64,000 nt of DNA from a virus. Its lineage: Duplodnaviria; Heunggongvirae; Uroviricota; Caudoviricetes. The stretch lies in IMG/VR virus record IMGVR_UViG_3300047546_003220. One strand, written 5' to 3'. The notes under the pieces are model-generated. The model saw only the letters and a program-made list of their open reading frames with translations, did no database searches and was not told the DNA's origin. Shown piece after piece: positions 34,405 through 46,006 of the stretch. Position numbers and translations under genes: made by a program. Positions within the stretch are counted from its first letter, which is position 1. Every line of letters starts with the position of its first letter.

Positions 34405-35406
34405 ATGGAATATTCATTAGAAGATTTTGTGGAGATGTTCAATAACGATGATTTGGATGTCGAAAAGTATTTCAACGACTACGATACTTTTTTTTCTATA
34501 TTGAATAGAAAAGGTCTAATGGGTGAAATAGACCCACACAATGCAGGTAACGGTGATGTATGGCAAAATCAATATCTTATTTGGTTATATAACAATGATA
34601 AAGTAGAATTTTACAAATGGATGAAAGAATTGTTAAATGATATCGACTTCAAGGACCAAGTATATTGGGAGGGAGATAGAGAGGATTTAGCGAGACTTTT
34701 TTGTGATGGGGCAAGATATGATTTAAGTCGCGACACTGTTGAGAGTATTTTGAAAGGTGATGATGTTTTTGAACCATATTGGGATACAACTGATGATGTT
34801 GTAAGAGACGTAATTGAAGAATTAACACCTCAAAATTTGGAGCTCTTCAAACAAAGAGTACTGAAGGAATTAGAGGGTAAAAAACTTTCCCCCGAAACAG
34901 AAGAAATGGAATTAATTGCAGCTGAACAGGGACATGAGGATTTTTGGGTAATAACTCCTGAAAATGTAGCAAGAATTATTGATAATGATGAGTCAATCAA
35001 AACCTTATTAAAGGATGAACTAAGTGATATAAAAAGTGATTTATATTCAATTCATTCAAGTGCCTACAATTCCGCTTATGAACATGAGGTTTATGATAAT
35101 ATATTCCATGAACTTGATGATTATTTCGATACTGAAAAAGGTGAATGGGTCTATACACAACACCCCTACAAGAAAGATGTAAAAATAGAAAAATATAGAT
35201 TACCAATTCGAGACTTCGAAGGTCTTGTTGTAGATTACTTGGATAATAACAAGGGTTATGGAAATTCAGGAACATTAGAATATCACGGTAGTTTTCTTGG
35301 TATAATTGAAGCGGATAAAGATTGTTTAAGTGTACAAGCTCCAGATTATCCTGACCACAGATTAGTAGATAAAAACATAAACGAATATTTTGGAGACCAC
35401 TTCTAA
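34405..35406 (+). CDS. hypothetical acidic protein
   Basis: A 333-aa ORF that begins a 3-gene plus-strand block. Confidence 0.4.
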   Translation: MEYSLEDFVEMFNNDDLDVEKYFNDYDTFFSILNRKGLMGEIDPHNAGNGDVWQNQYLIWLYNNDKVEFYKWMKELLNDIDFKDQVYWEGDREDLARLFCDGARYDLSRDTVESILKGDDVFEPYWDTTDDVVRDVIEELTPQNLELFKQRVLKELEGKKLSPETEEMELIAAEQGHEDFWVITPENVARIIDNDESIKTLLKDELSDIKSDLYSIHSSAYNSAYEHEVYDNIFHELDDYFDTEKGEWVYTQHPYKKDVKIEKYRLPIRDFEGLVVDYLDNNKGYGNSGTLEYHGSFLGIIEADKDCLSVQAPDYPDHRLVDKNINEYFGDHF

Positions 35407-36191
35407 TGGCATACATAAAATATACATTATTGGAACAGAGAGGGTTCTCCCCTTCCAAAAAGCCACCAAAGAATATTAATAATATTCTTTCTCAGATTGA
35501 ACTATTTGAAATGTATCCAAAGATTTTTGCTTTGGTTATCAAAGATGATAGGTTAAGAGCAAGAGTCTTCATGAGATATCAAGAATTTTATGAGTCGGAT
35601 TCAGAAACTTTCAGAGGTAAAGGTTTTAAGTGGTATGATTACGTAAAGTATTATAAGGAAAAAACTAAAAAAGATTATTTCTCTTATCATGAAGATTGGG
35701 CTGGTTATAACATACCATGTGATTCAATAGAATCATGTATGAAATTAATACCTGATATAAATTATTATGATTTAATAATGTTCAGTGTAATTGATACCAT
35801 CAGAGAAATAGTTGGAAACGACAACTTTTATTTGATTGGAATCGACCAAAGCAATGGTGAAGACCCTTCTTTGATTTTTCACGAAGTTGCACATGGTCTT
35901 TATTATTCTTCACCAAACTATAAAAACAAGCAGTTAAAAAACATAGAAAGACTCAACCCGAATATCAGAGAAAACTTGTCTAAAAAAATAAGTACCATGG
36001 GATATGGTGAAAATGTAATAAATGATGAGATACAAGCCTATTTATCTACAGGGGTAGATTATCCAATGACTGCAATTAAAGGTATTAAAGAAGCCCAAAT
36101 TCCTTTTAAAGAGGTTTTTGATTCATATGCAGGGAAAATCAAACCGAAAAAAATTAAAATAGATTGGTCCACAGACCTTAATAATGATTAG
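35406..36191 (+). CDS. hypothetical protein with an HExxH motif (…LIFHEVAHGLYY…); possible zinc metallopeptidase
   Basis: HEVAH is seen in the sequence with a Glu about 40 residues downstream; peptidase identity is not established. Confidence 0.3.
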   Translation: MAYIKYTLLEQRGFSPSKKPPKNINNILSQIELFEMYPKIFALVIKDDRLRARVFMRYQEFYESDSETFRGKGFKWYDYVKYYKEKTKKDYFSYHEDWAGYNIPCDSIESCMKLIPDINYYDLIMFSVIDTIREIVGNDNFYLIGIDQSNGEDPSLIFHEVAHGLYYSSPNYKNKQLKNIERLNPNIRENLSKKISTMGYGENVINDEIQAYLSTGVDYPMTAIKGIKEAQIPFKEVFDSYAGKIKPKKIKIDWSTDLNND

Positions 36192-37029
36192 ATTCGTAAA
36201 CATATTAACAAACCTGATTTCCGAAGCCAAGAGATATAAATTTTCTCCTGAAACTTTGGATAAAATCAACAAGATGGTAGATAAACTTTGGTCCGAAAGA
36301 GGTAAAGACCTCCAAAGACGCAAAGAACTTATGGGTGTTATTCCTGTTAAAACCGCCAATGGTGTTGATGGTTTGGTAAGAGTTTACGTTAATCCCAGAT
36401 TATCATACATAGGTTTTATGGATTTAAGACCTTCAAAATCATTGGACCCAGCAGATTTAGTTATCGAGGTGAACCCAAAATATTATGAGTCAAAAAAGAA
36501 CCTTTATCTTACTTTATACCATGAAATGTTACACGCTGTTGACCCAACTCAAAGTGTACATTGGTCTCCAAGACACATGATGAATTATGACGAAAAATCT
36601 GATGAGAATTATTGGGGTCATCCTGTTGAATTTTTTGCGATTTCCAATGAATTTTTGGAAGGTTTGGTAAAAGAATTTGCAAGAAGAGTTAAGAGAACAC
36701 GTAAGCCTGAAAATATAGAATTTTTGAATAATTCACTTAAAAACATTTTGAATTACTTTGCAAAAGGTGAACCGTTAAGTCCATTAAGTAAGGATATTCT
36801 TTTCAGAGTAAATGACGAACACGTCAGTGAAGAGACTCCGAAAGCTTTAAAAAATTGGACTGCAGATATGCCTCATTTGGCCGACTTCATGACTCGTGGA
36901 GAGGAAGAACCTTACTATCTCTATTATGTGCAAATGATTAAGAAATTCAATCCAGAAATTTGGAAGAAGTTTCTAAGTATGTTGTACGATACAACATTCG
37001 AGATTAAAGATTTAATTAATAAAAAATAA
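36184..37029 (+). CDS. hypothetical protein with an HExxH motif (…LYHEMLHAVDP…); possible zinc metallopeptidase
   Basis: A second HExxH protein directly adjacent, overlapping the previous gene by 8 nt. Confidence 0.3.
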   Translation: MIRFVNILTNLISEAKRYKFSPETLDKINKMVDKLWSERGKDLQRRKELMGVIPVKTANGVDGLVRVYVNPRLSYIGFMDLRPSKSLDPADLVIEVNPKYYESKKNLYLTLYHEMLHAVDPTQSVHWSPRHMMNYDEKSDENYWGHPVEFFAISNEFLEGLVKEFARRVKRTRKPENIEFLNNSLKNILNYFAKGEPLSPLSKDILFRVNDEHVSEETPKALKNWTADMPHLADFMTRGEEEPYYLYYVQMIKKFNPEIWKKFLSMLYDTTFEIKDLINKK

Positions 37030-37031
37030 GG

Positions 37032-39608
37032 TTAGATTCCCAAACTTTTTTCTAAAATCTCTAATTTCTTCTCATTATAATCTAAGATTTCACTTTGTTC
37101 TTTGATTGCTTCCAAACACGCAGCAATCAACGAGTCATATTTTACAACTAACACATTTTCGTCATCTTCTTTACCTGCCACCAATTCAGGGAAGGCAACT
37201 TGTAATTCTTGGGCAATGAAACCAACATCAACTAAACCATCATTTGTTTTTTCGTTGTTCCAGTTGTAATTTACCCCTCTTATCTTGGATATTTTATCTA
37301 TAGCGTTAGTGATAGGTCGGATATTTGTTTTATATCTTATATCTGACGGACCCGTAGGTCCCGTAGGACCTGGAGCTCCTTGTGCACCTTGAGGTCCTGT
37401 AGAACCACCAGGACCAGCAGGTCCTTGTGAACCTTGTGAGCCTTGGGCTCCTTGGTTACCAGGAGGTCCTCCAACACCTTGAGCACCCTGACCACCTTGG
37501 GCTCCTTGAGCCCCTTGTCCACCTGTTGGTCCTTGTGCTCCTTGAGGTCCTTTTGGTCCTTGTGTACCTTGGGCACCTTGTCCACCACCAGGTCCTTGAG
37601 CTCCAACACTACCTTGGGCTCCTTGTCCTCCTTGAGCACCTTGCCCGCCACCAGGTCCTGTGGCTCCTTGAGCGCCTTGTCCTCCCTGAGAACCTTGTGA
37701 ACCTTGACCACCCTGAGACCCTTGAGCACCCTGAGCTCCTTGAGCACCTTGACCTCCTTGAGCACCCTGTCCACCTTGTGACCCTTGAGCTCCTTGAGCA
37801 CCCTGTCCACCTTGTGCTCCTTGAGCACCCTGTCCACCTTGTGCACCTTGGGGCCCTGTTTGACCCTGAGCACCTTGGGCTCCTTGCGCCCCTTGTCCAC
37901 CTTGTGAACCCTGATTACCCGTTGCACCTTGAGCTCCTTGACCACCTTGTGCTCCCTGTCCACCCTGTGAACCTTGAGCACCTTGTCCTCCTTGAGACCC
38001 TTGAGCTCCCTGAGCACCTTGACCTCCTTGTGCTCCTTGTCCTCCTTTGGCGCCTTGTGAACCTTGAGCACCTTGAGCACCTTGTCCTCCTTGAGAACCT
38101 TGAGCACCTTGTCCTCCTTGGCTACCCTGAGCCCCTTGAGCGCCTTGTCCACCTTGTGAGCCTTGGTTACCCACGGGACCTTGTGAACCTTGAGCTCCTT
38201 GAGCACCTTGTCCACCTTGTGAACCTTGGGCTCCTTGAGCTCCTTGACCTCCTTGCGAACCTTGAGCTCCTTGTCCTCCTTGTGAACCTTGACCTCCTTG
38301 AGCGCCCTGTCCACCCTGAGCTCCTTGTGCTCCTTGTCCTCCTTGTGAACCTTGAGCTCCTTGAGCACCTTGACCTCCTTGAGCTCCTTGAGCACCTTGT
38401 CCTCCTTGTGAACCTTGAGCTCCTTGAGCACCTTGACCTCCTTGAGCTCCTTGAGCACCTTGTCCTCCTTGAGAACCTTGTGAACCAGTGTTACCTTGTG
38501 AACCAACAGCTCCTTGAGAACCTTGACCACCCTGAGAACCTTGGGCACCTTGTGCTCCCTGTCCACCTTGCGCTCCTTGAGCACCTTGTCCTCCTTGGCT
38601 ACCCTGTGACCCCGTATTTCCTTGGGAACCAACTGCACCTTGTGAACCTTGTCCTCCTTGGGAACCCGTTGCACCTTGTGCACCCTGTCCTCCTTGAGCA
38701 CCTTGAGCTCCTTGTCCACCTTGACTTCCTTGTGACCCAGTATTACCTTGAGAACCTTGTCCACCTTGGGCACCTTGACCACCTTGGGAACCAGTTGCAC
38801 CTTGTGCTCCTTGTCCTCCTTGAGCACCTTGAGCTCCTTGTCCCCCTTGGGAACCTTGGGACCCCGTATTTCCTTGAGAACCTTGTCCTCCTTGAGCACC
38901 TTGACCACCTTGGGAACCAGTTGCACCTTGCGCTCCTTGTAACCCTTGAGCCCCTTGAGCACCTTGTCCACCTTGGCTACCCTGTGAACCTGTATTACCC
39001 TGAGAACCTTGTCCTCCTTGAGAACCCTGACCACCTTGTGAGCCAGTAGCACCTTGTGCTCCCTGACCCCCTTGAGCACCTTGGGCTCCTTGTCCACCTT
39101 GGCTACCCTGTGAACCTGTATTACCTTGCGCCCCTTGACCTCCTTGAGAACCTTGACCTCCTTGAGAACCTTGCGCTCCCTGACCACCTTGTGCACCCTG
39201 GCCTCCTGTTGAACCTTGAGCACCCACCGCTCCTTGTGAACCTGTTGCACCCGAGGCTCCTGTAGGTCCAACTGAACCTTGAGCACCTGTGGGACCTTGA
39301 GCACCCGTTGGTCCGACTGAGCCTTGAGCACCTGTAGGACCTTGAGCTCCTTGTGGTTCGGGATTTCCCAACCAACCGACTGAAGTTATCAATGGGTCTA
39401 AAGCATTGTTAACTAACTTGGTAGTCAACTTCAAATCCGCGTCACTAACCCTAAATGTTGGAGCGGCTGAATTCCATGTAAGATAGGTTGTTGCACCTCT
39501 TTTCCATTGGAGAGTACCACTAGATACAACAAGTAGAGTTGATGTACTTCCAGTGTCCAAAAAATCTATCTGTCCACTACCTGGGGTTATTATAATATCT
39601 TCAGCCAT
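37032..39608 (-). CDS. collagen-like (Gly-X-Y) fibre protein 1 with a C-terminal endosialidase-chaperone (Peptidase_S74) autoproteolytic domain
   Basis: N-terminal globular domain ([13 protein letters not shown]…), about 670 aa of GAQ/GSQ/GGQ triplets, then …[32 protein letters not shown]…VGFIAQELQ…, the S74 intramolecular chaperone signature (S-D-x-R-x-K-x-N-I … Y/F-x-W). Confidence 0.8.
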   Translation of the reverse strand: MAEDIIITPGSGQIDFLDTGSTSTLLVVSSGTLQWKRGATTYLTWNSAAPTFRVSDADLKLTTKLVNNALDPLITSVGWLGNPEPQGAQGPTGAQGSVGPTGAQGPTGAQGSVGPTGASGATGSQGAVGAQGSTGGQGAQGGQGAQGSQGGQGSQGGQGAQGNTGSQGSQGGQGAQGAQGGQGAQGATGSQGGQGSQGGQGSQGNTGSQGSQGGQGAQGAQGLQGAQGATGSQGGQGAQGGQGSQGNTGSQGSQGGQGAQGAQGGQGAQGATGSQGGQGAQGGQGSQGNTGSQGSQGGQGAQGAQGGQGAQGATGSQGGQGSQGAVGSQGNTGSQGSQGGQGAQGAQGGQGAQGAQGSQGGQGSQGAVGSQGNTGSQGSQGGQGAQGAQGGQGAQGAQGSQGGQGAQGAQGGQGAQGAQGSQGGQGAQGAQGGQGAQGGQGSQGGQGAQGSQGGQGAQGAQGSQGGQGAQGAQGSQGPVGNQGSQGGQGAQGAQGSQGGQGAQGSQGGQGAQGAQGSQGAKGGQGAQGGQGAQGAQGSQGGQGAQGSQGGQGAQGGQGAQGATGNQGSQGGQGAQGAQGAQGQTGPQGAQGGQGAQGAQGGQGAQGAQGSQGGQGAQGGQGAQGAQGAQGSQGGQGSQGSQGGQGAQGATGPGGGQGAQGGQGAQGSVGAQGPGGGQGAQGTQGPKGPQGAQGPTGGQGAQGAQGGQGAQGVGGPPGNQGAQGSQGSQGPAGPGGSTGPQGAQGAPGPTGPTGPSDIRYKTNIRPITNAIDKISKIRGVNYNWNNEKTNDGLVDVGFIAQELQVAFPELVAGKEDDENVLVVKYDSLIAACLEAIKEQSEILDYNEKKLEILEKSLGI
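37347..39355. repeat. Gly-X-Y triplet tandem repeat tract of fibre 1, with a super-repeat of about 126 bp
   Basis: Continuous (GNN)n coding with recurring 42-residue units ([42 protein letters not shown]). Confidence 0.8.
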
Positions 39609-42315
39609 TTATTTTTTCTTTCAATAAATTTATTCTCTTCAAAATATTGTCGATTCTGACTTGTTGTTCTTTTATTGCTCCGATTCCAAATGCAACCATT
39701 GAATCATAGTCAACAGACTTAAATCCTTCATCATCAGTCCAAACGACTTCGGGAACAACTTTTTCTAAGTCTTGAGCAATGAATCCGACAGAACCTCCCG
39801 TAAAGGCATATGGTGTAGCAATATTTGGGTCTTCAACGATTTTTTTATGGGGTAACCAATCAAATCTAACTCCCTGAATTAATTTTATGGTATCCATAAC
39901 ATCCTGTAAAGGTTTGATGTTATCCTTTAATCTTTGGTCTGATGGTGGACCAGTTGGACCTGTAGGGCCTTGTGACCCTTGAGCTCCCTGACCCCCTTGT
40001 GACCCTTGACCACCTGTGGCGCCTTGTGCTCCTGTTGAGCCTTGTGCTCCTGTTGGACCGTTGTTAGGTCCTGGTGCTCCACCTGGACCTTGAGCACCCT
40101 GAGCTCCTGTATTTGCACCTTGAGCTCCTTGAGCACCTTGGTTACCTGGTAATCCTTGAGCACCTTGTGCTCCAGTGTTAGCACCTTGAGCACCTTGGGC
40201 TCCTTGAGCTCCTTGAGCACCAACGTTACCTTGGGCTCCTGTGTTTGCACCTTGGGCTCCTTGTGAACCTTGAGCACCTGTTCTTCCTGTTGCACCTTGG
40301 GCTCCTGTACTTGCTCCTTGTGCACCTTGGGCTCCTTGAGCTCCTTGAGCACCTATGTTTCCTTGAGCTCCTGTAGGGGTTCCTTGTGCACCTTGGGCTC
40401 CTTGCGCACCCGTTGAACCAACAGCTCCTTGAGCTCCTTGAGGTCCTCCTTGAGCTCCTGTTGAACCTTGGGCTCCCTGAGCTCCAACCGCACCTTGTGA
40501 ACCTTGGCTAGCTCCTTGAGCTCCTTGTGAACCTTGAGCACCTTGAGCTCCTGTATTACCTTGAGCACCTGTACTAGCTCCTTGAGCACCTTGAGCTCCT
40601 GTGTTACCTTGAGCACCTGTAGCACCTTGGGCTCCTGTGCTAGCACCTTGGGCTCCTTGAGAACCTTGAGCTCCCTGTGCTCCTGTCGCGCCTTGAGCAC
40701 CTGTACTTGCTCCCTGAGCTCCTTGAGCTCCTGTGCTACCTTGAGCACCTGTAGCACCTTGGGCTCCCGTACTCGCTCCCTGTGCACCTTGACCACCTTG
40801 TGAACCTTGAGCTCCTGTTGCTCCTTGTGCTCCTGTACTTGCTCCCTGAGCTCCTTGTGCACCTTGTGCTCCCGTATTACCTGTGGCACCTTGAGCACCT
40901 GTGGTTCCACCCTGTGCTCCTTGTGCACCTTGTGCTCCCGTATTACCTGTCGCCCCTTGAGCACCTGTGGTTCCACCCTGTGCTCCTGTAGCACCTTGTG
41001 CACCTGTGTTACCTGTAGCACCTTGAGCACCTGTAGTTCCTCCCTGAGCTCCTGTAGCACCTTGGGCACCTGTGTTACCTGTAGCACCTTGAGCACCTGT
41101 AGTTCCACCTTGAGCTCCTTGTGCACCTTGACCTCCTTGTGCACCTTGACCTCCTTGGGCGCCTGTACTTGCTCCCTGAGCTCCTTGTGCTCCTTGAGCA
41201 CCTGTATTTCCTGTGGCTCCTTGTGCTCCCGTTGTGCCTCCTTGCGCTCCTTGAGCTCCCTGTCCTCCTTGGGCTCCTTGACCTCCCTGAGCACCTGTAC
41301 TTGCTCCCTGAGCTCCTTGCGCCCCTTGAGCGCCTGTATTCCCTGTGGCTCCTTGTGCTCCCGTTGTACCACCCTGAGCTCCTTGTGCTCCTTGACCACC
41401 TTGAGCTCCAGTTGAACCTTGAGCACCTGTAGTTCCTCCTTGAGCACCCTGAGCTCCTTGAGCACCTGTATTCCCTGTGGCTCCTTGTGCTCCTGTTGGT
41501 CCACCTTGAGCTCCTTGAGCTCCCTGTCCTCCTTGGGCTCCTGTACTACCTTGTGCTCCCGTAGTTCCTCCCTGAGCACCCTGAGCTCCTTGAGCACCTG
41601 TATTACCTGTAGCACCTTGGGCTCCTGTAGTACCACCTTGAGCTCCTTGGGCTCCTTGACCACCTTGGGCACCTGTACTACCCTGTGCACCTGTACTTGC
41701 TCCTTGGGCTCCTTGAGAACCTTGAGCGCCTGTGTTACCTGTAGCACCTTGTGCTCCTGTCGTACCACCTTGAGCGCCTTGGGCTCCTTGACCACCCTGA
41801 GCTCCTGTACTACCCTGTGCACCTGTACTTGCTCCTTGGGCTCCTTGAGCACCAGTGTTACCAGTGGCTCCCTGTGAACCTTTTGCCCCTTGAGCACCTT
41901 GTCCACCTTTTGCTCCTTGCGAACCTTGTCCACCTTGAGCACCTTGTCCTCCCTGAGCTCCTTGACCACCTTGTGCTCCCTGACCTCCCTGTGCTCCTTG
42001 AGCTCCCTGACCTCCCTGTGCTCCTTGAGCACCTGCGATACCCGCTGTTGGTCCTGCCCATGTACCATCAGAGTTAACCATCTTAACACCACCAACATAT
42101 AAACCTTTGCCTGTACCTGTAACAGAACTTCCACTTACAGTTACTGTTGCTCCAAGTGTTGCAATATTGGAGTTAGTCGTAGATGAAACAACAACTACCC
42201 CGTCAGCTCCTACGTTGAGTTGGATTCTTCCACCACTCGCATCTTCAAATACAGTATGTGGAGCGGTGTTACCACCAGCATTTCCATTAGGATATATTAT
42301 AACGTTAGTGGGCAT
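39601..42315 (-). CDS. collagen-like fibre protein 2 with a C-terminal Peptidase_S74 chaperone domain
   Basis: N-terminus [15 protein letters not shown]…; a GXY tract with a periodic one-residue interruption (GGTT or GAST) every 22 residues; C-terminus …[32 protein letters not shown]…VGFIAQDLE…. Confidence 0.8.
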   Translation of the reverse strand: MPTNVIIYPNGNAGGNTAPHTVFEDASGGRIQLNVGADGVVVVSSTTNSNIATLGATVTVSGSSVTGTGKGLYVGGVKMVNSDGTWAGPTAGIAGAQGAQGGQGAQGAQGGQGAQGGQGAQGGQGAQGGQGSQGAKGGQGAQGAKGSQGATGNTGAQGAQGASTGAQGSTGAQGGQGAQGAQGGTTGAQGATGNTGAQGSQGAQGASTGAQGSTGAQGGQGAQGAQGGTTGAQGATGNTGAQGAQGAQGGTTGAQGSTGAQGGQGAQGAQGGPTGAQGATGNTGAQGAQGAQGGTTGAQGSTGAQGGQGAQGAQGGTTGAQGATGNTGAQGAQGAQGASTGAQGGQGAQGGQGAQGAQGGTTGAQGATGNTGAQGAQGAQGASTGAQGGQGAQGGQGAQGAQGGTTGAQGATGNTGAQGATGAQGGTTGAQGATGNTGAQGATGAQGGTTGAQGATGNTGAQGAQGAQGGTTGAQGATGNTGAQGAQGAQGASTGAQGATGAQGSQGGQGAQGASTGAQGATGAQGSTGAQGAQGASTGAQGATGAQGAQGSQGAQGASTGAQGATGAQGNTGAQGAQGASTGAQGNTGAQGAQGSQGAQGASQGSQGAVGAQGAQGSTGAQGGPQGAQGAVGSTGAQGAQGAQGTPTGAQGNIGAQGAQGAQGAQGASTGAQGATGRTGAQGSQGAQGANTGAQGNVGAQGAQGAQGAQGANTGAQGAQGLPGNQGAQGAQGANTGAQGAQGPGGAPGPNNGPTGAQGSTGAQGATGGQGSQGGQGAQGSQGPTGPTGPPSDQRLKDNIKPLQDVMDTIKLIQGVRFDWLPHKKIVEDPNIATPYAFTGGSVGFIAQDLEKVVPEVVWTDDEGFKSVDYDSMVAFGIGAIKEQQVRIDNILKRINLLKEKING
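39943..42040. repeat. Gly-X-Y tract of fibre 2 with a super-repeat of about 66 bp (22-residue unit [22 protein letters not shown])
   Basis: Regular repeats visible in both nucleotide and protein sequence. Confidence 0.8.
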
Positions 42316-45184
42316 TTTTCAATTTTAATTCTAAATCTTTTATTTGATTTTCAATATCATCAATAAATAGTTGTTGTTCCTTTATACCCTCAACTAATAC
42401 TGCATTCAATTTAACATATTCAATATAATAGTAACCTTGGTGGTTGACTTTTACTACCGTCGGATAAAACTCTTTTACGTTTTGAGCTATCAAACCAACT
42501 GAGTGAATCTTTTTGAGTCCATTAATATCTCTATATTTTCCGTCAGTTAATTTTTCATTCCAATCGAATTCAACAGTATCAATCTGAAGAATTTTATTTA
42601 AAGAGTCCTCAAGAGTTACAATATTTCTTTTAAGTCTCCTATCCGAACAGAAGTAGTTGTAAATATAGTATCCACCACTTCCTGTATATCCAGCACAAGA
42701 ACTACCTTGGTATCTCACGTTCCTTGCACCTGCGGTCCACTGACTACAATCTGAAGCGGTATATAACTGTACGTCAGCACATCCACTCCATGAAACTGTT
42801 GTATAATAGTAGAACGAACCACAACTGTATGGATAATTACATAATGAATATTGAGTACAGTTTGACCATACCAAGTTGGCATTACAAGTTCCACTTGGTC
42901 CTGTTGGACCTGTTGGACCTTGAGCCCCTTGAGCACCTGTATTTCCTGTAGCACCTTGTGTTGAACCAACGTATCCTGTACCACCTTTCGCACCTTGAGC
43001 ACCTTGTGGTCCTGGTGAACCTCCAGGTCCTTGTGAACCTGTCGCACCCGTTGAACCTTGAGCTCCTGGATGACCTGTATTTCCTGCTGGTCCTGTAGGT
43101 CCTGTTGCACCTACAGCTCCTTGTGCTCCTGGGTGTCCTGTTGCACCCTGAGCTCCTTGAGAACCCCCTGAGTTTGTAGCACCTTGCGCTCCTGGATGTC
43201 CCGTGGCTCCTTGTGACCCTTGAGAACCTCCTGTTCCTGTATTTCCTTGTGCACCTGTGTTTCCGACAGCTCCCTGTGAACCTTGATTACCTCCAGCCCC
43301 TGTATTTCCTTGAGCACCTGTATTACCTGTGGCACCTTGGACCCCTTGTGGCCCTGTAATGTTTGCGGCTCCTGTCGGTCCTTTAGCTCCCTGTGAACCT
43401 GTAGCACCCTGAGAACCTGCAGCGTTTGGTGCTCCTTGAGCACCTGTATTACCTGTGGCCCCTTGAGCTCCTGTTGAACCTCCGCCTCCTGTGGCGCCTT
43501 GTGCTCCCGTATTACCCACCGCACCTTGGGAACCAGTATTTCCTGCAGCTCCTCCACCACCCTGTGCTCCTGTATTACCTGTTGCTCCTTGAGCTCCTGT
43601 TGAACCAGCAGCACCTCCCGCACCTTGTGCTCCTGTGTGACCAACAGCACCTTGAGAACCAGTATTTCCGCCTGCTCCTCCTGCACCTTGTGCTCCTGTA
43701 TGCCCTGTGTTTCCTTGAGCACCTGCAGAACCTCCTCCACCTGTAGCACCTTGTGCTCCTGTGTGTCCTACAGCCCCTATGGAACCTTGAGCCCCTGTGG
43801 GACCTCCCGCGCCTGTTGGACCTACTGCTCCTGTGTTTCCCGTTGCACCTTGTGAACCTGTCGCTCCTACAGCTCCTGTTGGACCTACTGACCCTGTTGG
43901 ACCGACAGCACCTTGTGAGCCAGTTGGACCTGTTGCACCTGTTGGTCCAACTGCACCTGTTGGTCCTGTTGCTCCTTGAGAACCAGTCGGACCTGTTGCA
44001 CCTGTTGGCCCCACATTACCTTGAGCTCCAGTGGGTCCTTGTGCTCCTGTATTACCTGTAGCACCTTGTGCTCCTGTATTACCTGTGGCACCAATTGAAC
44101 CCTGAGCTCCCGTTGGACCAGTATCACCTGTTGGACCTACGTTACCTTGTGCACCCGTTGGACCTTGAGCACCTGTATTACCTATAGCTCCTTGTGCACC
44201 TGTATGTCCTTGTGCACCTGTCGAACCTTGGGCTCCTGTAGGACCTACAGCTCCTGTTGGACCTACGTTACCTTGTGCACCCGTTGGACCTTGTGCTCCT
44301 GTTGGACCAACCGCACCTGTCGGACCAACCGCACCTTGTGCTCCTGTTGAGCCTTGAGCACCTGTCGGACCAACTGCTCCTGTTGGACCTACGTTACCCT
44401 GTGCACCCGTTGGACCCTGAGCACCTGTTGGACCTACCGAACCTGTCGGACCAACCGCACCTTGTGCTCCTGTTGAGCCTTGAGCACCTGTTGGACCTAC
44501 TGCTCCTGTTGGACCTACGTTACCTTGTGCTCCTGTCGGACCTTGAGCACCTGTATTACCTATGGCTCCTTGTGCTCCTGTGTGTCCTTGAGCACCTGTA
44601 GAACCTTGGGCTCCTGTCGGACCAACCGCTCCCGTTGGACCTACGTTACCTTGAGCTCCTGTTGGACCTTGTGCTCCTGTGTTACCTGTGGCACCTTGAG
44701 CACCTGTATTTCCTGTAGCACCTTGAGCTCCTGTTGGACCTGTGTCTCCTGTAGCTCCTTGAGCTCCTGTATCACCTGTGGCACCTTGAGCACCTGTAGA
44801 ACCTTGAGCACCTGTGTTTGCACCTTGAGCACCTGTATTACCTGTAGCTCCTTGTGAACCTGTGGCACCTTGAGCACCCGTTGGACCCGTGGCTCCTTGC
44901 GCTCCAGCAATTCCTGTGTCGGGACCAATCCAATTGGCAGTACCATCGATTACCTGTACTCCTCCAATTGTAAAATTGTTTCTAACGTTCAACGATACCA
45001 CAGATATAATCGCATTAGAAATTTGAACCGATACGGTATTGACTTGAGTAGGAGAACTAATATTGATTGTTGAGCCTGATACGACTTTCCAACTACTCGT
45101 ACTGTTGTTTACCCAGTTAATATACGGTATACGGTCGGGTTGCGGAGCTAACGTATTACTTGGAACTATTAAGATATCGCCCAT
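42305..45184 (-). CDS. collagen-like fibre protein 3 with a Cys-rich module and a C-terminal Peptidase_S74 chaperone domain
   Basis: N-terminus [15 protein letters not shown]…; GPT/GAQ/GNV triplets; a Cys-rich segment (…[30 protein letters not shown]…[15 protein letters not shown]…SSCAGYTG…); then …[31 protein letters not shown]…[11 protein letters not shown]…. Confidence 0.8.
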   Translation of the reverse strand: MGDILIVPSNTLAPQPDRIPYINWVNNSTSSWKVVSGSTINISSPTQVNTVSVQISNAIISVVSLNVRNNFTIGGVQVIDGTANWIGPDTGIAGAQGATGPTGAQGATGSQGATGNTGAQGANTGAQGSTGAQGATGDTGAQGATGDTGPTGAQGATGNTGAQGATGNTGAQGPTGAQGNVGPTGAVGPTGAQGSTGAQGHTGAQGAIGNTGAQGPTGAQGNVGPTGAVGPTGAQGSTGAQGAVGPTGSVGPTGAQGPTGAQGNVGPTGAVGPTGAQGSTGAQGAVGPTGAVGPTGAQGPTGAQGNVGPTGAVGPTGAQGSTGAQGHTGAQGAIGNTGAQGPTGAQGNVGPTGDTGPTGAQGSIGATGNTGAQGATGNTGAQGPTGAQGNVGPTGATGPTGSQGATGPTGAVGPTGATGPTGSQGAVGPTGSVGPTGAVGATGSQGATGNTGAVGPTGAGGPTGAQGSIGAVGHTGAQGATGGGGSAGAQGNTGHTGAQGAGGAGGNTGSQGAVGHTGAQGAGGAAGSTGAQGATGNTGAQGGGGAAGNTGSQGAVGNTGAQGATGGGGSTGAQGATGNTGAQGAPNAAGSQGATGSQGAKGPTGAANITGPQGVQGATGNTGAQGNTGAGGNQGSQGAVGNTGAQGNTGTGGSQGSQGATGHPGAQGATNSGGSQGAQGATGHPGAQGAVGATGPTGPAGNTGHPGAQGSTGATGSQGPGGSPGPQGAQGAKGGTGYVGSTQGATGNTGAQGAQGPTGPTGPSGTCNANLVWSNCTQYSLCNYPYSCGSFYYYTTVSWSGCADVQLYTASDCSQWTAGARNVRYQGSSCAGYTGSGGYYIYNYFCSDRRLKRNIVTLEDSLNKILQIDTVEFDWNEKLTDGKYRDINGLKKIHSVGLIAQNVKEFYPTVVKVNHQGYYYIEYVKLNAVLVEGIKEQQLFIDDIENQIKDLELKLKNAH
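42916..44920. repeat. Gly-X-Y tract of fibre 3 ([28 protein letters not shown]… super-repeats)
   Basis: A (GNN)n tract with recurring 42-residue units. Confidence 0.75.
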
Positions 45185-45283
45185 GAATGTTTTTTTCTGT
45201 ATCTATAAATACAATTAACTATGGATTTGTATTCATTTTTATTTTTATAATTTATATGATTGTTCAAATAATAATTACATCGA

Positions 45284-46006
45284 ATGAACTTAAAAAAAAT
45301 AGGCGGAAAGAAATTTCTTGTAAATCTACTTTCTGACTTTATTCTCAGTAAAATACCACCTGAAGAGAAATCAATTATCAAGGTTATTGATTGTGAAAAT
45401 TTTTACGTGTTAAAAGGAAAAACCTCATCAAAAGAGGTTTTATTCATTCCAAACATAATTTCAGAGTTCAAAGAAAAATATTCCGAATACATAGAAAATA
45501 AATCTATAACTCACACTATAGATTTAATTGAGTACGACTCAGAACTTAATGAAACTTTAGAAATCGAACATACTTTCCACAATAACACTCCAAACTGTTC
45601 ATATCATTGGAAAGAAGTTGAAGGTTTTGAAGGTTACATCGAAATTGATGAAATTGTTTATGTGTCTGAATTCCCTTATGGGTATTCATTGCAACAGGGT
45701 AGAGACTTATATTATTACATGAAATACATTTTTTATAATATACCCTCAAATTACCCTGTAACTTCTTTAACTCTCACCTTATCCAAAGAAAAAAATGAAG
45801 ATGGTGACCAAGGCTTGATTGTGTTTGATGAGTTTTTCAAATCGGAGGATGAAAGGTTAAAGTCAGCAATCTTAGATGTGTTTGATTTTAATTTTGATAG
45901 ATTAAGTGAAAAAATGAAAAAAGTGGATTGGAGTATTGAACTCACGAATCCACTTGAAGAACATTCAGAATTAAAAGAAGTCGTAAAGGACTTTATTATT
46001 ATTTAA
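45284..46006 (+). CDS. hypothetical protein (plus strand, divergent from the fibre genes)
   Basis: A 240-aa ORF with an ATG start. Confidence 0.35.
   Translation: MNLKKIGGKKFLVNLLSDFILSKIPPEEKSIIKVIDCENFYVLKGKTSSKEVLFIPNIISEFKEKYSEYIENKSITHTIDLIEYDSELNETLEIEHTFHNNTPNCSYHWKEVEGFEGYIEIDEIVYVSEFPYGYSLQQGRDLYYYMKYIFYNIPSNYPVTSLTLTLSKEKNEDGDQGLIVFDEFFKSEDERLKSAILDVFDFNFDRLSEKMKKVDWSIELTNPLEEHSELKEVVKDFIII

Noticed and set aside
37337-39331. Long ORFs on other frames or strands inside the fibre 1 collagen tract (37337..39331 -, 37427..39049 +, 37443..37700 +, 38748..38942 +, 39056..39265 +, 39121..39375 -)
   Set aside because: They are shadow ORFs created by the (GNN)n repeat, with low-complexity Leu/Val/Lys/His-rich translations; the Gly-X-Y frame with flanking N- and C-terminal domains is the real gene.
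39927-42134. ORFs 39927..40352, 40353..42134, 40534..40803, 40782..40991, 40807..41415, 41121..41432, 41419..41877, 41751..42077, 41858..42061, 41890..42102 and 42107..42328 within fibre 2
   Set aside because: Same repeat-frame artefact; none has start or stop context or domain structure.
37347-44930. CRISPR array in the highly repetitive 37-45 kb region
   Set aside because: The repeats are in-frame coding triplet repeats without unique spacers of constant length and without a leader or cas genes.
42715-45073. ORFs 42715..43110, 42724..42951, 43111..43749, 43426..43746, 43625..43855, 43753..44061, 43797..43979, 43885..44127, 44147..44350, 44257..44601, 44480..44857, 44641..44946 and 44870..45073 within fibre 3
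   Set aside because: Same repeat-frame artefact.
45169-45381. ORF 45169..45381 (-)
   Set aside because: It overlaps the fibre 3 start and the divergent intergenic region; it is AT-rich low-complexity sequence and unlikely to be real.
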